Source: a bacterium
GTDB lineage: Bacteria > SAR324 > XYD2-FULL-50-16 > G965216635
Direction of reading: 5' to 3'
NCBI GenBank assembly: GCA_965216635.1
Contig: OZ244188.1
Coordinates: 1,088,001-1,152,000 of the forward strand
Length of the DNA: 64,000 nt
The first letter of the stretch is position 1; every line of letters begins with the position of its first letter. The position numbers and the translations under genes are program-made. Shown here piece after piece: positions 30,843 through 43,599 of the stretch. The notes under the pieces were generated by a model. That model did no database searches, had not been told where the DNA came from, and was given only the letters and a program-made list of their open reading frames with translations.

Positions 30843-31685
30843 CTTTCCCGAGCACGCAATGCTCTTATAATTTTCAAAATGACTACCTACTTCTGCAGTG
30901 CTGTGAGCATCCGAGCCATAGACCAAAGGAATCGCTAGTTTTTTACAGCTTTCTAAAAGTTCCATATAGAAATAGGGCATACCGCATTCTTTCTTTCTGT
31001 AACCTGCTACATTAAAATCAAGGCTGTAGCCCTGCCTCGCAACTGTTGGTAAAATTTTTTGCAAAATAAAAGAAATCCATTTTTTTCTTAAAGCATTCGT
31101 TGGTTTTAGTAGTTTGTTGTATTTCTCTATGAGTGCTAAATGACCTATGCGAATAGGCAACTGTGGATAATTTGAAAAATCCCACTTTTTACTCACCATT
31201 TTTTCTATAGTCTCCCAGTAAAGTCGCCAAATATTTTCTTTACCTTGCTGTATAAAACTAGACTCAAAAGATGTCCAACATTTATCTATCATTTTAAGAT
31301 TTCCAGTCTTATCAGGAAGAAAGTGAAGCGATAGAATAATTTCGTCTAGTTGGTGCAGTTGGGTAGTTAAAAATTCTTGAGTAAAATCCTCGTAACCAAC
31401 CAAATAATCTATTTCTAATCCTATAAGAATTTTTATTTTATCCTGATAAGTAGTTTTTAACTCTTTGAGTGACTTCCAATAATTTTCCAAATAGCGGTAT
31501 TCTAGACTGGCATCTTGCGGAGTAGTTTTTAGCAAAAGGAGTTTGTCGGGTAAAGGAGCGTGTTCTGTAATAGAATAGTGAGTGAAACCAAGTTTTATTG
31601 CCTTTTCTATTCTATCTGCAGTTTTGTCTTTACTGCCGTGGGGACAAAAATCGCTGTGGGTGTGTCCATCCCAAAGTTTCATCAT
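30837..31685 (-). CDS. hisJ: Histidinol-phosphatase, PHP family (HisJ/HisK type)
   Basis: DGHTHSDFCPHGS, ITEHAP, GLEIDY, YGSDAH. Confidence 0.8.
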   Translation of the reverse strand: MMKLWDGHTHSDFCPHGSKDKTADRIEKAIKLGFTHYSITEHAPLPDKLLLLKTTPQDASLEYRYLENYWKSLKELKTTYQDKIKILIGLEIDYLVGYEDFTQEFLTTQLHQLDEIILSLHFLPDKTGNLKMIDKCWTSFESSFIQQGKENIWRLYWETIEKMVSKKWDFSNYPQLPIRIGHLALIEKYNKLLKPTNALRKKWISFILQKILPTVARQGYSLDFNVAGYRKKECGMPYFYMELLESCKKLAIPLVYGSDAHSTAEVGSHFENYKSIACSGKL

Positions 31686-31707
31686 TTTTTTTTATGAAAA
31701 ATTATAC

Positions 31708-31736
31708 TTGAAAAATATTGTAATTATAGATATAAT
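31708..31736 (+). promoter_or_regulatory. Sigma70 promoter of gyrB
   Basis: TTGAAA-17 nt-TATAAT; atattgtaatta repeated at 31715 and 31742. Confidence 0.7.
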
Positions 31737-31750
31737 TTACTATATTGTAA

Positions 31751-34165
<2,415 letters not shown>

Positions 34166-34210
34166 AATAAATCTAACACATAACACAATTCAAAGCTCTA
34201 CTTTATAAAG

Positions 34211-34780
34211 ATGTTTAGCGGAATAGTAGAATACCAAGCCCCATTACTAGATTCAAAGAAAACCGAGGCTGGAATAAAAATCTCTCTAAAATTTGATGAA
34301 AAAAGACTAGAAAATCTAGTAGAAGGAGCTAGTGTGGCGCTCAATGGAGTTTGTTTGACTGTGATAAAAATAGACGGGAATGTGGTTTTTTTTGATGTGA
34401 TAGAAGAAAGCTTGGACAAAACCAACTTGGGTGATTTAAAACTAGGAGACTTGGTAAATATTGAAAGAGCCTTGAAATTTGGAGACGAAATAGGCGGGCA
34501 TTTGCTTTCGGGTCATATTCTAAAAACAGCGTCTTTTTTAAGCTACGACAAAGAGAAAAAATACCATTTTTTTGAAATAGATGCAGAAATCTACCCTTAT
34601 CTGAAACACAAAGGTTTTATTGCTTTAAACGGAGTCAGTCTGACTTTAAACGCAATATCCAAAAATTCCTTCGCGGTAAGTATTATTCCCTATACCTTAA
34701 AAAACACCAATCTCGCTAAAATTCAAATAGGAAATGCGGTTAATCTGGAGGTTGAATTACTCAAAAATCAGACATCCTAG
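34211..34780 (+). CDS. ribE: Riboflavin synthase alpha chain
   Basis: MFSGIVE, SVALNGVCLTV, VNIERAL, IGGHLLSGHI, NGVSLT. Confidence 0.93.
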   Translation: MFSGIVEYQAPLLDSKKTEAGIKISLKFDEKRLENLVEGASVALNGVCLTVIKIDGNVVFFDVIEESLDKTNLGDLKLGDLVNIERALKFGDEIGGHLLSGHILKTASFLSYDKEKKYHFFEIDAEIYPYLKHKGFIALNGVSLTLNAISKNSFAVSIIPYTLKNTNLAKIQIGNAVNLEVELLKNQTS

Positions 34781-34898
34781 TTCGGCTATGTGGCTTTTAA
34801 AAAAAATTCTTGCCTTGGCTAGCCGCCTTGGCTAGCCCCAATAGAAAGGTAAGCATCAGCGAAATTCAAAGGTCTATAATACCTAATTCAAAAGTCTC
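34766..34898. mobile_element. Degenerate/nested MITE-like copies overlapping the ribE stop
   Basis: aatcagacatcctagttcggctatg resembles an element end; two right ends, aaattcaaaggtcta (34876) and aattcaaaagtctc (34898). Confidence 0.6.
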
Positions 34899-34911
34899 TT
34901 ATAGGATTATT

Positions 34912-36072
34912 TTAAGCACTGCGATACAGTTTGGTCATCACAAACTCTTTATGGCCCAGTGTTTCGGCGCAAGTGTGTCTGCCATTTGCAACTCTAACAA
35001 CATAATCAAAAAGTCTATCTCCAGCTTGATTGAGACTGATTTCCTTGCGAAGTAGATCTGAGACATCTACATCTATATGCTCGTGCATTGTTCTTGCAGT
35101 TCTAGGATTTGCTGTAATTTTAATAACGGGCATAATAGGATTGCCGATAACATTGCCTTGTCCTGTTGGAAAAAGATGCACGGCAAACCCAGCTGCTGCT
35201 TGAAGAGTGTTACATTCTGCGGCTGCCGAAGAGGTATCCATAAAATACAAGCCTTTTCCTTTGCTAGGAGCTTCTGCTGGCTCAAGCGCATCTACATATT
35301 GCAAATTTCCTATTTTTTGGATATTACCCATTGCCTTTTCTTCAATAGTAGTCAGTCCGCCTTCTATATTACCTTTGGTAGGTTGTGATTCGGATAAATC
35401 ACTAGTTTTTTGTTCATCAATTAATCTTGCATAATCATCAAACATAGTTTGAAATTTTTCTGCTACTTGAGAGTTAATGGCTCTTGCCTTTACGATATCT
35501 TCTCCGCCTGTTAACTCGGTAGTTTCTCCAAAGCAAGAGGTGATTCCTAATTGAGTTGCTTTTTCTAAAAAATTACCTACGGTCGGACACGAGCCTAATC
35601 CTGAAGTAGTATCCGATTCGCCACACTTAGTTGCCACCCAAAGTTCAGAAAAATCACATTCTGTTTTCTGTAATTCTGTTGCCCATTGCACAAATTTTTG
35701 CACTTTGTAAGAAGCCGTTGCAGTAGTTTTTATATCTCCATTTTTTTCAATAGAAAAACCTGCCACCGGTTTGCCTGTTTTAGCAATAGCGTCCACAATT
35801 TTCTTCGTCCAACCTGGTTCAATTCCTACTACAATTGCAGCGGCAACATTAGGATTGGAGCCTGTGCCTATCATAGTGCGAAAGTGCAATTCTAAATCTG
35901 CACCAAATTGTAATCGTCCGTAACTATGAGGAAGTGCTAAAGTGCCTTCAACATTAGCTGCAATATTTTCTGCAGCTGCGTTAGAAATATCATCAACAGG
36001 TAGTATTATTACATGGTTGCGGATTCCGACCCTACCGTTTTCTCTTCTGTATCCAAAAAATTTTTTGTTCAT
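34912..36072 (-). CDS. suyB: (2R)-sulfolactate sulfo-lyase beta subunit (UxaA family)
   Basis: [52 protein letters not shown]; adjacent SAF subunit and hps genes. Confidence 0.88.
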   Translation of the reverse strand: MNKKFFGYRRENGRVGIRNHVIILPVDDISNAAAENIAANVEGTLALPHSYGRLQFGADLELHFRTMIGTGSNPNVAAAIVVGIEPGWTKKIVDAIAKTGKPVAGFSIEKNGDIKTTATASYKVQKFVQWATELQKTECDFSELWVATKCGESDTTSGLGSCPTVGNFLEKATQLGITSCFGETTELTGGEDIVKARAINSQVAEKFQTMFDDYARLIDEQKTSDLSESQPTKGNIEGGLTTIEEKAMGNIQKIGNLQYVDALEPAEAPSKGKGLYFMDTSSAAAECNTLQAAAGFAVHLFPTGQGNVIGNPIMPVIKITANPRTARTMHEHIDVDVSDLLRKEISLNQAGDRLFDYVVRVANGRHTCAETLGHKEFVMTKLYRSA

Positions 36073-36098
36073 AGTATTAAAAGTAATAAATGATAACG

Positions 36099-36386
36099 CT
36101 ACCAGCGTTTAGTTTTCAAATTATGGGTGTGTAAATGAGCTCCAAAACTGACTTCTGCTACACACTTTCCTATATCTACTCCATATTTAATTACTGCATC
36201 ACCAGATTTTAAATTTTGAAGTGCAACTTTATGTCCAATAGGAATATTGTGCAAAACTTGCACTGTAGAAACTTCATCAGTTTCCATATTCCAAACTTGA
36301 CACTCGGTATTCTGCTGAATATCTTCCACAACAGCAACCGCACAAACATCTCCTTTATTGTGCGCTATAAAATGGGGAATTTTCAT
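36099..36386 (-). CDS. suyA: Sulfolactate sulfo-lyase alpha subunit (SAF domain)
   Basis: [30 protein letters not shown]. Confidence 0.88.
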   Translation of the reverse strand: MKIPHFIAHNKGDVCAVAVVEDIQQNTECQVWNMETDEVSTVQVLHNIPIGHKVALQNLKSGDAVIKYGVDIGKCVAEVSFGAHLHTHNLKTKRW

Positions 36387-36465
36387 ATTTAATTTTTTTT
36401 GTTTTAGTTAAAACTTAATTAAACTTTATTTTAAAAATTATTTCAATCCAATTACAAGATGGAAG

Positions 36466-37755
36466 TTAAGGATTTAAATCAAACACTTGGTCTGGAAAGT
36501 ATTTTTTAAGACGAATATCTGCAGTTTTAGCGTGGCTTTCCATTCCTTCTAAACGCGAAATTCTAGCGGTAACAGGTGCAATTTTGTGAACAGCTTCTTT
36601 TGTCATTTTTTGCCAAGTGACTGTTTTTAAAAATTTACTTACAGAAAGTCCGCCTGTATATCTTGCTGCTTTTTTAGTAGGTAAAATATGATTGGTACCC
36701 GCACTTTTATCACCAAAAGCAACTGTCGTTTCTTCTCCTAAAAATAAGGATCCATAATTAGATAAATTTTCTAACCACCAATCTAGGTTTTTGCAGTGAA
36801 CTTCTAAATGCTCTGAAGCGTAAGTATCAGAAATTTCAACGGCTTCCTCTTTATTATCTACTAAAATTATTTCTCCATAATCCTTCCAAGCTGCTTCTGC
36901 ATTTTTACAATTTAACTCAGGCAACCCTGCTATAATACTAGGTATTTTTTCTACTACATTTTTTGCTAATGCTTCGCTAGTAGTAATAAGCCAAGCAGGA
37001 GAATTATAGCCGTGCTCTGCTTGCCCAACTAAATCATAGGCTATAATTTCTGCGTCTGCAGACTCATCAGCAATAATTAAAATTTCTGTAGGTCCCGCAA
37101 ACATATCAATACCTACTGAACCATAAAGAATTTTTTTTGCCTCTGCTACAAATTGATTTCCGGGACCCACTAAAATATCAACTGGTTTATTGCCAAAATA
37201 GCCAAATGCCATAGATGCAACTGCCTGCACTCCGCCCATAGCTAAAATACTGTCAGCACCGCATAAATTTAAAGTGTAAAGCATAGCAGGGTGCATTCCC
37301 TCTTTACTTGGTAAAGAAGCACACACAATATTTTTTACTCCAGCAACTTTAGCCGTTGTTACGCTCATTATTGCGGATGCAATATGACAATACCTCCCTG
37401 CTGGAACGTAACAACCAGCACTTTGTACTGGAATCAACTTTTGTCCTGCTGTCAAACCAGTGACTAACTCCACAGAAGTTTCTCTTAAAGTTGCCTTTTG
37501 CTCTTCAGCAAACTTTTTCACTAGCTGCTGAGAAAACATAATATCTTCTTTCAGTTTTGTTGGAACTTTTTGAGCCTCAGCTTTTATTTCTTGCTCGCTA
37601 ACAATAATTTTCCCGTGCCAATTATCTAGTTTTGCCGCATATTCTATAGCTTTTTGCTCTCCATTTTTTTCAATATCTTGCAAAATTTTCCCTACTATTT
37701 CTGTTACATTTTGAGAAGTTTCGGGGATGTTAGATTTTTTTAAATAACGCACCAT
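36466..37755 (-). CDS. hpsN: DHPS 3-dehydrogenase (histidinol dehydrogenase family)
   Basis: HisD fold motifs GCYVPAGR, GPGNQFVAEAK, IDMFAGPTE, GQAEHG, SEHLEV, GTNHILPT; suyAB/TRAP context. Confidence 0.85.
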   Translation of the reverse strand: MVRYLKKSNIPETSQNVTEIVGKILQDIEKNGEQKAIEYAAKLDNWHGKIIVSEQEIKAEAQKVPTKLKEDIMFSQQLVKKFAEEQKATLRETSVELVTGLTAGQKLIPVQSAGCYVPAGRYCHIASAIMSVTTAKVAGVKNIVCASLPSKEGMHPAMLYTLNLCGADSILAMGGVQAVASMAFGYFGNKPVDILVGPGNQFVAEAKKILYGSVGIDMFAGPTEILIIADESADAEIIAYDLVGQAEHGYNSPAWLITTSEALAKNVVEKIPSIIAGLPELNCKNAEAAWKDYGEIILVDNKEEAVEISDTYASEHLEVHCKNLDWWLENLSNYGSLFLGEETTVAFGDKSAGTNHILPTKKAARYTGGLSVSKFLKTVTWQKMTKEAVHKIAPVTARISRLEGMESHAKTADIRLKKYFPDQVFDLNP

Positions 37756-37773
37756 AATATTTATATATTAATT

Positions 37774-37914
37774 GAGACTGTTGAATTAGACATTATAGGA
37801 AAGCTAGACAAGGCGCGAAAATTTTTTATTACAAGGAATACTGAAGTATTTTGAGTGATAAAAAATTTGAGCAACGCCGTATAGCTGAACTAGAATGTCT
37901 AATTCAATAGTCTC
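37774..37914. mobile_element. MITE-like element, GAGAC subtype (141 bp), TAATT target duplication
   Basis: gagactgttgaattagacatt...aatgtctaattcaatagtctc; taatt on both sides. Confidence 0.85.
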
Positions 37915-38903
37915 TAATTGACTAAAATTACTTTAGGTTTTAGTATTTTTTTTGCTAACAGATTAGAGAACTTTTCTTGTCCCTTGCTTAACGAACTTTC
38001 CTCAAACCAGTCTAGCTTACCAAAATATCCTTTTTCCATAGCTTCCACAGTTAGCAAAAAATTGTCTTTAGTATAAGTATATATTCCCAAAAAATCTATC
38101 TCTTGTAAAGTCATTTTCCGAATATCAAGCCCGTCTTTTGCTGTGGCTAAACCTATATGAGAAATTATCCCACCAGCTCTTGCATAAGCGCAAGCAGTTT
38201 CACGACTTTCTTTACTACCAAAAGCATCCACTACTATATCCATTGTTGCTTCTTCTGGTTTATCTTCGCTATTAGGATCAAAAGATAAAAAATCACCTAT
38301 TTTTTTTAGTTCAACACGCCGCAAAGGATTCGGCTCTGCGATAAAAATCTCCTTAGCTCCAAAAAGCAAAGCACTCAAAGCTGCTGCTACGCCAATGGCA
38401 CCTCCTCCTAAAATCAAAACTCTAGCTAGTGGGAGTTGTCTGAGTGTACTTGTTTTTTGTATGGTGCGATAACCACAGGCTAAAGGCTCTGCTAGCGCAG
38501 CTTGAGAAAAAGAAAGTTTGTCGCTAATAGGAATAAGATTTTCTTCTGGAATACAAAGATATTCTGCAAAAGCGCCTTGTCTTGGATTCATAGAAATAAT
38601 GCTTCTTAGCTGACAAAGATTATCTCTGCCTTGATAACAAAATCTACAAGAACCACAAGTAACTAGCGGATTGATAGTAACTCGTTGTTTTTGTTTTTTT
38701 CCTTCTAAAACTATACCTGCTGCTTCGTGCCCTAAAATTAAAGGAGGAGTTCTTCTTTCGTCGTGCCCTAGATAAGCGTGCATATCTGAACCACAAATAC
38801 CTACAGATTTAACTTGGATAAGTGCTTCGTTCTCTCCGACTATTGGATCGGGCCATTCTATGTAAGAGCATTTTTGCGTTTCTTGATAAACAAGTGCTTT
38901 CAT
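37914..38903 (-). CDS. hpsP: Zn-dependent alcohol dehydrogenase, DHPS 2-dehydrogenase
   Basis: GICGSD, GHE, CxxCxxC structural Zn site, GGGAIG; directly upstream of hpsN. Confidence 0.75.
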   Translation of the reverse strand: MKALVYQETQKCSYIEWPDPIVGENEALIQVKSVGICGSDMHAYLGHDERRTPPLILGHEAAGIVLEGKKQKQRVTINPLVTCGSCRFCYQGRDNLCQLRSIISMNPRQGAFAEYLCIPEENLIPISDKLSFSQAALAEPLACGYRTIQKTSTLRQLPLARVLILGGGAIGVAAALSALLFGAKEIFIAEPNPLRRVELKKIGDFLSFDPNSEDKPEEATMDIVVDAFGSKESRETACAYARAGGIISHIGLATAKDGLDIRKMTLQEIDFLGIYTYTKDNFLLTVEAMEKGYFGKLDWFEESSLSKGQEKFSNLLAKKILKPKVILVN

Positions 38904-38906
38904 TGA

Positions 38907-40217
38907 TTAATTTGCTTTAAAAGCCCACAAAGAAAGTTGCGGGAAAAAAGCTATGAGTAAAACAACTATTAGCATAGCTAAAACATACGGAATGGCTCTA
39001 TAAGCAATTTTTAGAACAGAAGTTCCCGTCAATCCAGAAATCACAAATAAATTTAAGCCAAAAGGAGGGGTAATAAAACCAACCCCTAGTGAAGTAACCA
39101 TTAAAATACAAAAATGAATTTCATTCATCCCTATTTCTAGTGCAAGAGGAAATAAAATAGGTGATAAAATCACAATGTTGGGAGTAGTCTCCATAACTAA
39201 GCCTGCCATAATAAGCACAAAAATCATAATCAGTATAATAATAACGTGATTATCAGTGAAAGAAGTCAAAGATTGCACAATAGCTTGAGGAACTTGTAAA
39301 ATGGCTAAAGTTTGTGCAAATGGCAAAGACATAGCAATAATAGGTAAAATTATACCAGTAACTTTAGCAGAGCTTATCAAAATTTTTGGAATATCAGATA
39401 TCTTTACCTTTTTTTCTATAAACCCTATTACAAAAGTAATAACTACAGCTACTACTCCTGCTTCAGTCGGAGTGAAAATTCCAGAATAAATACCTCCCAA
39501 AATAATAACTGGCACACTCAAAGCATCAAGACCATTAATAACTGTTCTTAGCCATCGTCTAAAAGAAAATTTTTGCGCGTTATTTTCATAACGGTAAATA
39601 AAATTCATTATAAGATTTGTGATTAAAATAGAAAACATAACCATCAAACCAGGAACTACAGCAGCTAAAAAAAGTGTGGAAGCAGAAATACCTAAAATTA
39701 GACCAATAATAATATAAGCAATAGATGGCGGAATTAAAATACCTGTGCAAGCACCAGCAGCAACTAAAGCACAAGCATAGGGTTTGGGATAACCTTGCTT
39801 AACCAATCTATTAATCGTCATTCTCCCAACAGCTGTGGCTCCAGCCGCATCTGATCCTGAAATACAAGCAAAAAAACCACAGCCTAGCACAGTCGCAGTG
39901 CCGAAACCCGCTTTAAAACTTCCTACCGTAGCCTCGGCTATGTCAAGTAATTTGTCGGACAATTTAGTCCTAACTAAAACATCTCCTGTTAAAATAAATA
40001 AAGGAATGGCGAGTAACGCAAAAGCGTCTATACCGTCAAAAAGCGCTTCTCCTAATAAAGAAAGAGGTAAAGCCCCTGTCAACTGTAAGAGAGCTACAGA
40101 ACCTAAACCAAGTGATACCCAAATAGGCACACCTAGTACGATTAAGACTATAATTCCTATCAATGGCAAGTAAAAATCCCAACCAAGATCTATTACTGCT
40201 TGTTGTAATAATAACAT
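38907..40217 (-). CDS. hpsM: TRAP transporter large permease (DctM), DHPS uptake
   Basis: LLAIPLFILTG, GILIPPS, GIFTPTEAG, ITPPFGLNLF. Confidence 0.85.
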   Translation of the reverse strand: MLLLQQAVIDLGWDFYLPLIGIIVLIVLGVPIWVSLGLGSVALLQLTGALPLSLLGEALFDGIDAFALLAIPLFILTGDVLVRTKLSDKLLDIAEATVGSFKAGFGTATVLGCGFFACISGSDAAGATAVGRMTINRLVKQGYPKPYACALVAAGACTGILIPPSIAYIIIGLILGISASTLFLAAVVPGLMVMFSILITNLIMNFIYRYENNAQKFSFRRWLRTVINGLDALSVPVIILGGIYSGIFTPTEAGVVAVVITFVIGFIEKKVKISDIPKILISSAKVTGIILPIIAMSLPFAQTLAILQVPQAIVQSLTSFTDNHVIIILIMIFVLIMAGLVMETTPNIVILSPILFPLALEIGMNEIHFCILMVTSLGVGFITPPFGLNLFVISGLTGTSVLKIAYRAIPYVLAMLIVVLLIAFFPQLSLWAFKAN

Positions 40218-40741
40218 TAATTTTCGTCTTCAAATAATTTTGTTTTAGTGCGTGCTGGTTTGTTTTGGTAGAAGTTTTTACAATCACAAAAAATTGCTTG
40301 CAGAGTGCGAATAATAATCAGCAAGAATCCAAAAGGAACAGCACTATTAAAAATAGCCTTACTAATTCTTAACCCATGTGTCACAGACTGAAATTTTAAA
40401 GAAACAAGAACAGTTTCTAACGACCAATAAAAAGCGTAACAGGATAGTACTAGGGTTAAAATTCCACTCAATAAAAAAAATAAATTCTTGTATTTTTCCG
40501 AAAAAGAAAGAGTTAAAACATCTATGCAAATATGAGATCTGTCTCTAACGACAGCAGCAGTAGAGATCCAAACAAGGTAAATAAAAGCGTAACGTGCCAC
40601 TTCTTCTCCCCAAATAGAAGAATAACTAAGCACAAAGCGGCGAAAGACTTCAATAAAAACTGATAAAACTAACAGAATGTAAAAAAACAACATTAGCCAT
40701 CTTTCGCCATTTTGAGCAACAGTTTTAAGAAACTGTTTCAT
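40217..40741 (-). CDS. hpsL: TRAP transporter small permease (DctQ)
   Basis: Four TM segments, WGEEVARY, HICID. Confidence 0.85.
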   Translation of the reverse strand: MKQFLKTVAQNGERWLMLFFYILLVLSVFIEVFRRFVLSYSSIWGEEVARYAFIYLVWISTAAVVRDRSHICIDVLTLSFSEKYKNLFFLLSGILTLVLSCYAFYWSLETVLVSLKFQSVTHGLRISKAIFNSAVPFGFLLIIIRTLQAIFCDCKNFYQNKPARTKTKLFEDEN

Positions 40742-40749
40742 TCTAATTC

Positions 40750-41919
40750 TTAAGCATCGTGGACATAGTAGCGAGAAGCTGTTTTAGTTGCTTTCTCTAA
40801 ACTACTAAATATTTTTGAAGAACCGGCTAGCTCTTTTTTAAATCCATCCCACTCTTTTCTTTGATAGCCCCCTGCTTTTACCCATTGATTTAACTCACGT
40901 TTATTCGGAGAATAAAAATTCACCCCAGATTTTTTCATTTCTGCAATAGCAAAGGCTCTAGCTGCTGGAACTTTAGATAAGTTTTGATGAAAAGTAAATT
41001 CACTTGCTTCCATCAAACCATTACGAGCTTGTCTCGAAAGAGCATCAAACCATTCTTTATTACAAGAATAGACTTGGCTATCTGGAACTGCTTGTGTAAA
41101 GGTTACCCAAGAAAGAATATCCTTAAAACCAAAAACATACAAAGCACCTGCTGCTGGATCCAAGGCATCAGCTACTCCTTGTTTAATAGCAGAAGGAGTT
41201 TCACCCCAAGCTACAGGAGTAGGATTAGAACCTATCAAACGGTAATATTGTTGTAGCATTTTAGAACCAGGTACACGAAATTTTACTCCTTTCAAATCAG
41301 AGGGAGTTTTCACGGGACCTTTCAGACCTTTTCTTACTGCTACCACACGAGGATCAATAACCACATACCAAAGAGGAACAAAACCTTTTGCTTCCACCTT
41401 TGGATTGACATTTTTTTTCCAAGCATCCGAAGTCACTAAATTGACAAATTTCTGATTAGCCCCACAAAAATAAGGCAGATTGATTAAATCTACTACAGGT
41501 GCAAAAGGAGCAAAGTTTGATAAAGAATGCTGAGCTGCTTGGATTGTACCCTGTTGTACCTTTTGAGCCAAAGCACCACCAGCCCCTAATTGTCCACCGG
41601 GAGCCAATTGAACATAAATTTCTCCGTTAGAAGAGTTTTGTATGTTTTCTTTAAAATCAAGTTGCATAATAGGATAGCTACGAGAAGCACCAAGGATATA
41701 AGCTGTCGCTATCGTCATTTTATAGCGAGCATTTTTTTTCCTGTTTTTTTCTTCTTTAGCTGTTTGAGCAACGGCTTTTTTAGAAAACAAATAATTTCCA
41801 GAAACAGCCAAAATAGCAGTAGTAGCCCCGTATTTACTTGCTGTCTTTAAGAACTCTCTCCGTCCAAGTCTTTTAAGACTTTCTTGCTTTTCGGCTACTT
41901 CTTGTGTATTTATTCCCAT
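40750..41919 (-). CDS. hpsK: TRAP substrate-binding protein (DctP) with Tat signal
   Basis: GRREFLK twin-arginine motif, PGGQLG, LKGVKFRVPGS, PTPVAWGE; start taken at ATG 41919. Confidence 0.8.
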   Translation of the reverse strand: MGINTQEVAEKQESLKRLGRREFLKTASKYGATTAILAVSGNYLFSKKAVAQTAKEEKNRKKNARYKMTIATAYILGASRSYPIMQLDFKENIQNSSNGEIYVQLAPGGQLGAGGALAQKVQQGTIQAAQHSLSNFAPFAPVVDLINLPYFCGANQKFVNLVTSDAWKKNVNPKVEAKGFVPLWYVVIDPRVVAVRKGLKGPVKTPSDLKGVKFRVPGSKMLQQYYRLIGSNPTPVAWGETPSAIKQGVADALDPAAGALYVFGFKDILSWVTFTQAVPDSQVYSCNKEWFDALSRQARNGLMEASEFTFHQNLSKVPAARAFAIAEMKKSGVNFYSPNKRELNQWVKAGGYQRKEWDGFKKELAGSSKIFSSLEKATKTASRYYVHDA

Positions 41920-41987
41920 ATTAATATTATTATTGAGGGTTAAAAATAGAAATCGCATAAAATTTATGAGATTTCATTTAAATAAGC

Positions 41988-42080
41988 GAGACTATTGAAT
42001 CAGACTAGTCCAGACAAAATAGGCTTACCTCTTTCTCTCTATAGTCTTTAGCAAAAGTGAAATGCAAATTCAATGGTCTA
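41988..42080. mobile_element. Hybrid MITE-like element (93 bp)
   Basis: gagactattgaat...gcaaattcaatggtcta; flanks taagc/taaac (one mismatch). Confidence 0.6.
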
Positions 42081-42100
42081 TAAACTATTTAAAAAGATTT

Positions 42101-42304
42101 TCAAACTGATTTAGATCTTTCTAAAATAATAACTCCAATTACAAAAAAAAGAGTTACCATGCACAAGCATATAAACTCACCAACATCACCCAAAAAACTC
42201 TCTCCAGCTCCACCTAAATTTTGATTGATTTTTCCATAAACTAAATTTATGAAAAATAAAGCAAAAAATAACGTAGAAATTATAAAGCTAAACTTGGATT
42301 TCAT
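42101..42304 (-). CDS. Small two-TM membrane protein upstream of hpsK
   Basis: 67 aa, two hydrophobic segments around a G-rich FLGDVGE loop. Confidence 0.65.
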   Translation of the reverse strand: MKSKFSFIISTLFFALFFINLVYGKINQNLGGAGESFLGDVGEFICLCMVTLFFVIGVIILERSKSV

Positions 42305-42311
42305 TGGTTAA

Positions 42312-42466
42312 TAGACCTTTGAATTTGCGTTATGTGACGGCTAGCCAAATGGTTAGAACAGGTGCAAAAAAAATTTTTAGCTCGCAGGAATACTCAAGTA
42401 TTTCAAGAGTTAAAAATTTTTTTTTAACGCTGCATAGTCTAAACAGAATGCAAATTCAAAAGTCTA
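42312..42466. mobile_element. Full-length MITE-like element (155 bp), GTTAA target duplication
   Basis: tagacctttgaatttgc...gcaaattcaaaagtcta; central ctcgcaggaatactcaagtatttcaagag; gttaa on both sides. Confidence 0.9.
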
Positions 42467-42490
42467 GTTAATTTGATTGAAGCGACTTTA

Positions 42491-42519
42491 ACAATAATAC
42501 AAATTTCAATAATAGTCAA
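42491..42519 (-). promoter_or_regulatory. Candidate sigma70 promoter for the small ORF-hpsKLM-hpsP-hpsN-suyAB unit
   Basis: Minus strand TTGACT-17 nt-TATTGT. Confidence 0.4.
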
Positions 42520-42585
42520 AAAAAAACTATTTCAATAAAATAATATTTTAGATTTTACCATTCCTAGCCATAATCCTACTTTTTT

Positions 42586-43599
42586 TTATGCAGTACTTTC
42601 TAGATGCTTGTTTTTTTCTTTGATAATATCCAAACGAGCAAAGAGGTCGTTACCTAGTTGTAGCATTAAGTCCAAAATATCTATAAATACCCAATTTTCT
42701 ATGAGTAGGCTTTTTTCTTGCCTCCAAAAGTCCATCACTCGCATTGTGATTTTTTTGTTTGTGGGGGTAGTTCCTAGCCAATTGCCTCCACTATGAGTCG
42801 CTTTTAAGCTGGGCCAACCTGTGCTAACGGCGTATTTTCCTTCGGCAAAGCGTAGATCGTGGTTGCCTCCTTTACGGTCTGGAAATGCGGTTAAAAAAGG
42901 TTTTTGGTGATAATCTTGAAAACCAACAATACCCTGAGTGCTACCAATTCCAGCAGGTCCATACCACATCATTTCTGGATGCCAGTATTTTTTCAAATCC
43001 ATTCCTCCAAAATCTTTACCATCAAAATTCATTAATCCTTTAAAAAGCATATCTTCTACAATTTGAAGGGTTTCTTGAGAAAGGGATTCGTCTTGTGGCT
43101 GCGTTACAATTCCATCTTGAGTTCGGGGTGAGGAAACGAGCATCTCAGAACCTAAATCTGGGGGTAAAACACGGTAACCTGCTTGTTTCATTAGATCTAT
43201 TAAATCAATGATTAGAATAGCACGAACGATTTTCCCTTTTTTCAATTGGAAAGATTCGCCAAACCGTAAGTGGTTGATTTTTCCATTAGCGGGAATGCCC
43301 AAGTAATCTTTCTTAAAAATACCCACCATATAACCTGTAGTGCTAATCCATTCTTGGTTGTTACAATTTCCGCCAATAAGAATATCATTTCTTCTTTTTA
43401 AACCGCAGAAAGATTGATATAGGGGAAATAAGTATTTTTCCAAATAAGCGCTCGCTCCTTGTATTTGGTTTATTGGATGATAGGCATCCAATAGTATATT
43501 TTGCTGAAAGTTTTCTGCTACGGATTTTCTGATTTTTCCAAAATCTCCTGTATCTAGGGTTTGGAAGTGTTGAAACAGTATTGTTTTATTTTCGTTCAT
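42586..43599 (-). CDS. Tandem SnoaL-like/NTF2 (ester cyclase) domain protein
   Basis: Two SnoaL-like halves: ..YLGIPANGK....R..E and WYGPAGIG, AFPDR, WLG..PT.K.ITMRVMDFWR....IENWVFID. Confidence 0.75.
   Translation of the reverse strand: MNENKTILFQHFQTLDTGDFGKIRKSVAENFQQNILLDAYHPINQIQGASAYLEKYLFPLYQSFCGLKRRNDILIGGNCNNQEWISTTGYMVGIFKKDYLGIPANGKINHLRFGESFQLKKGKIVRAILIIDLIDLMKQAGYRVLPPDLGSEMLVSSPRTQDGIVTQPQDESLSQETLQIVEDMLFKGLMNFDGKDFGGMDLKKYWHPEMMWYGPAGIGSTQGIVGFQDYHQKPFLTAFPDRKGGNHDLRFAEGKYAVSTGWPSLKATHSGGNWLGTTPTNKKITMRVMDFWRQEKSLLIENWVFIDILDLMLQLGNDLFARLDIIKEKNKHLESTA

Noticed and set aside
36466..37755. hisD of histidine biosynthesis
   Set aside because: Context (suyAB, Zn-ADH, TRAP) points to HpsN; the nearby PHP phosphatase is unlinked
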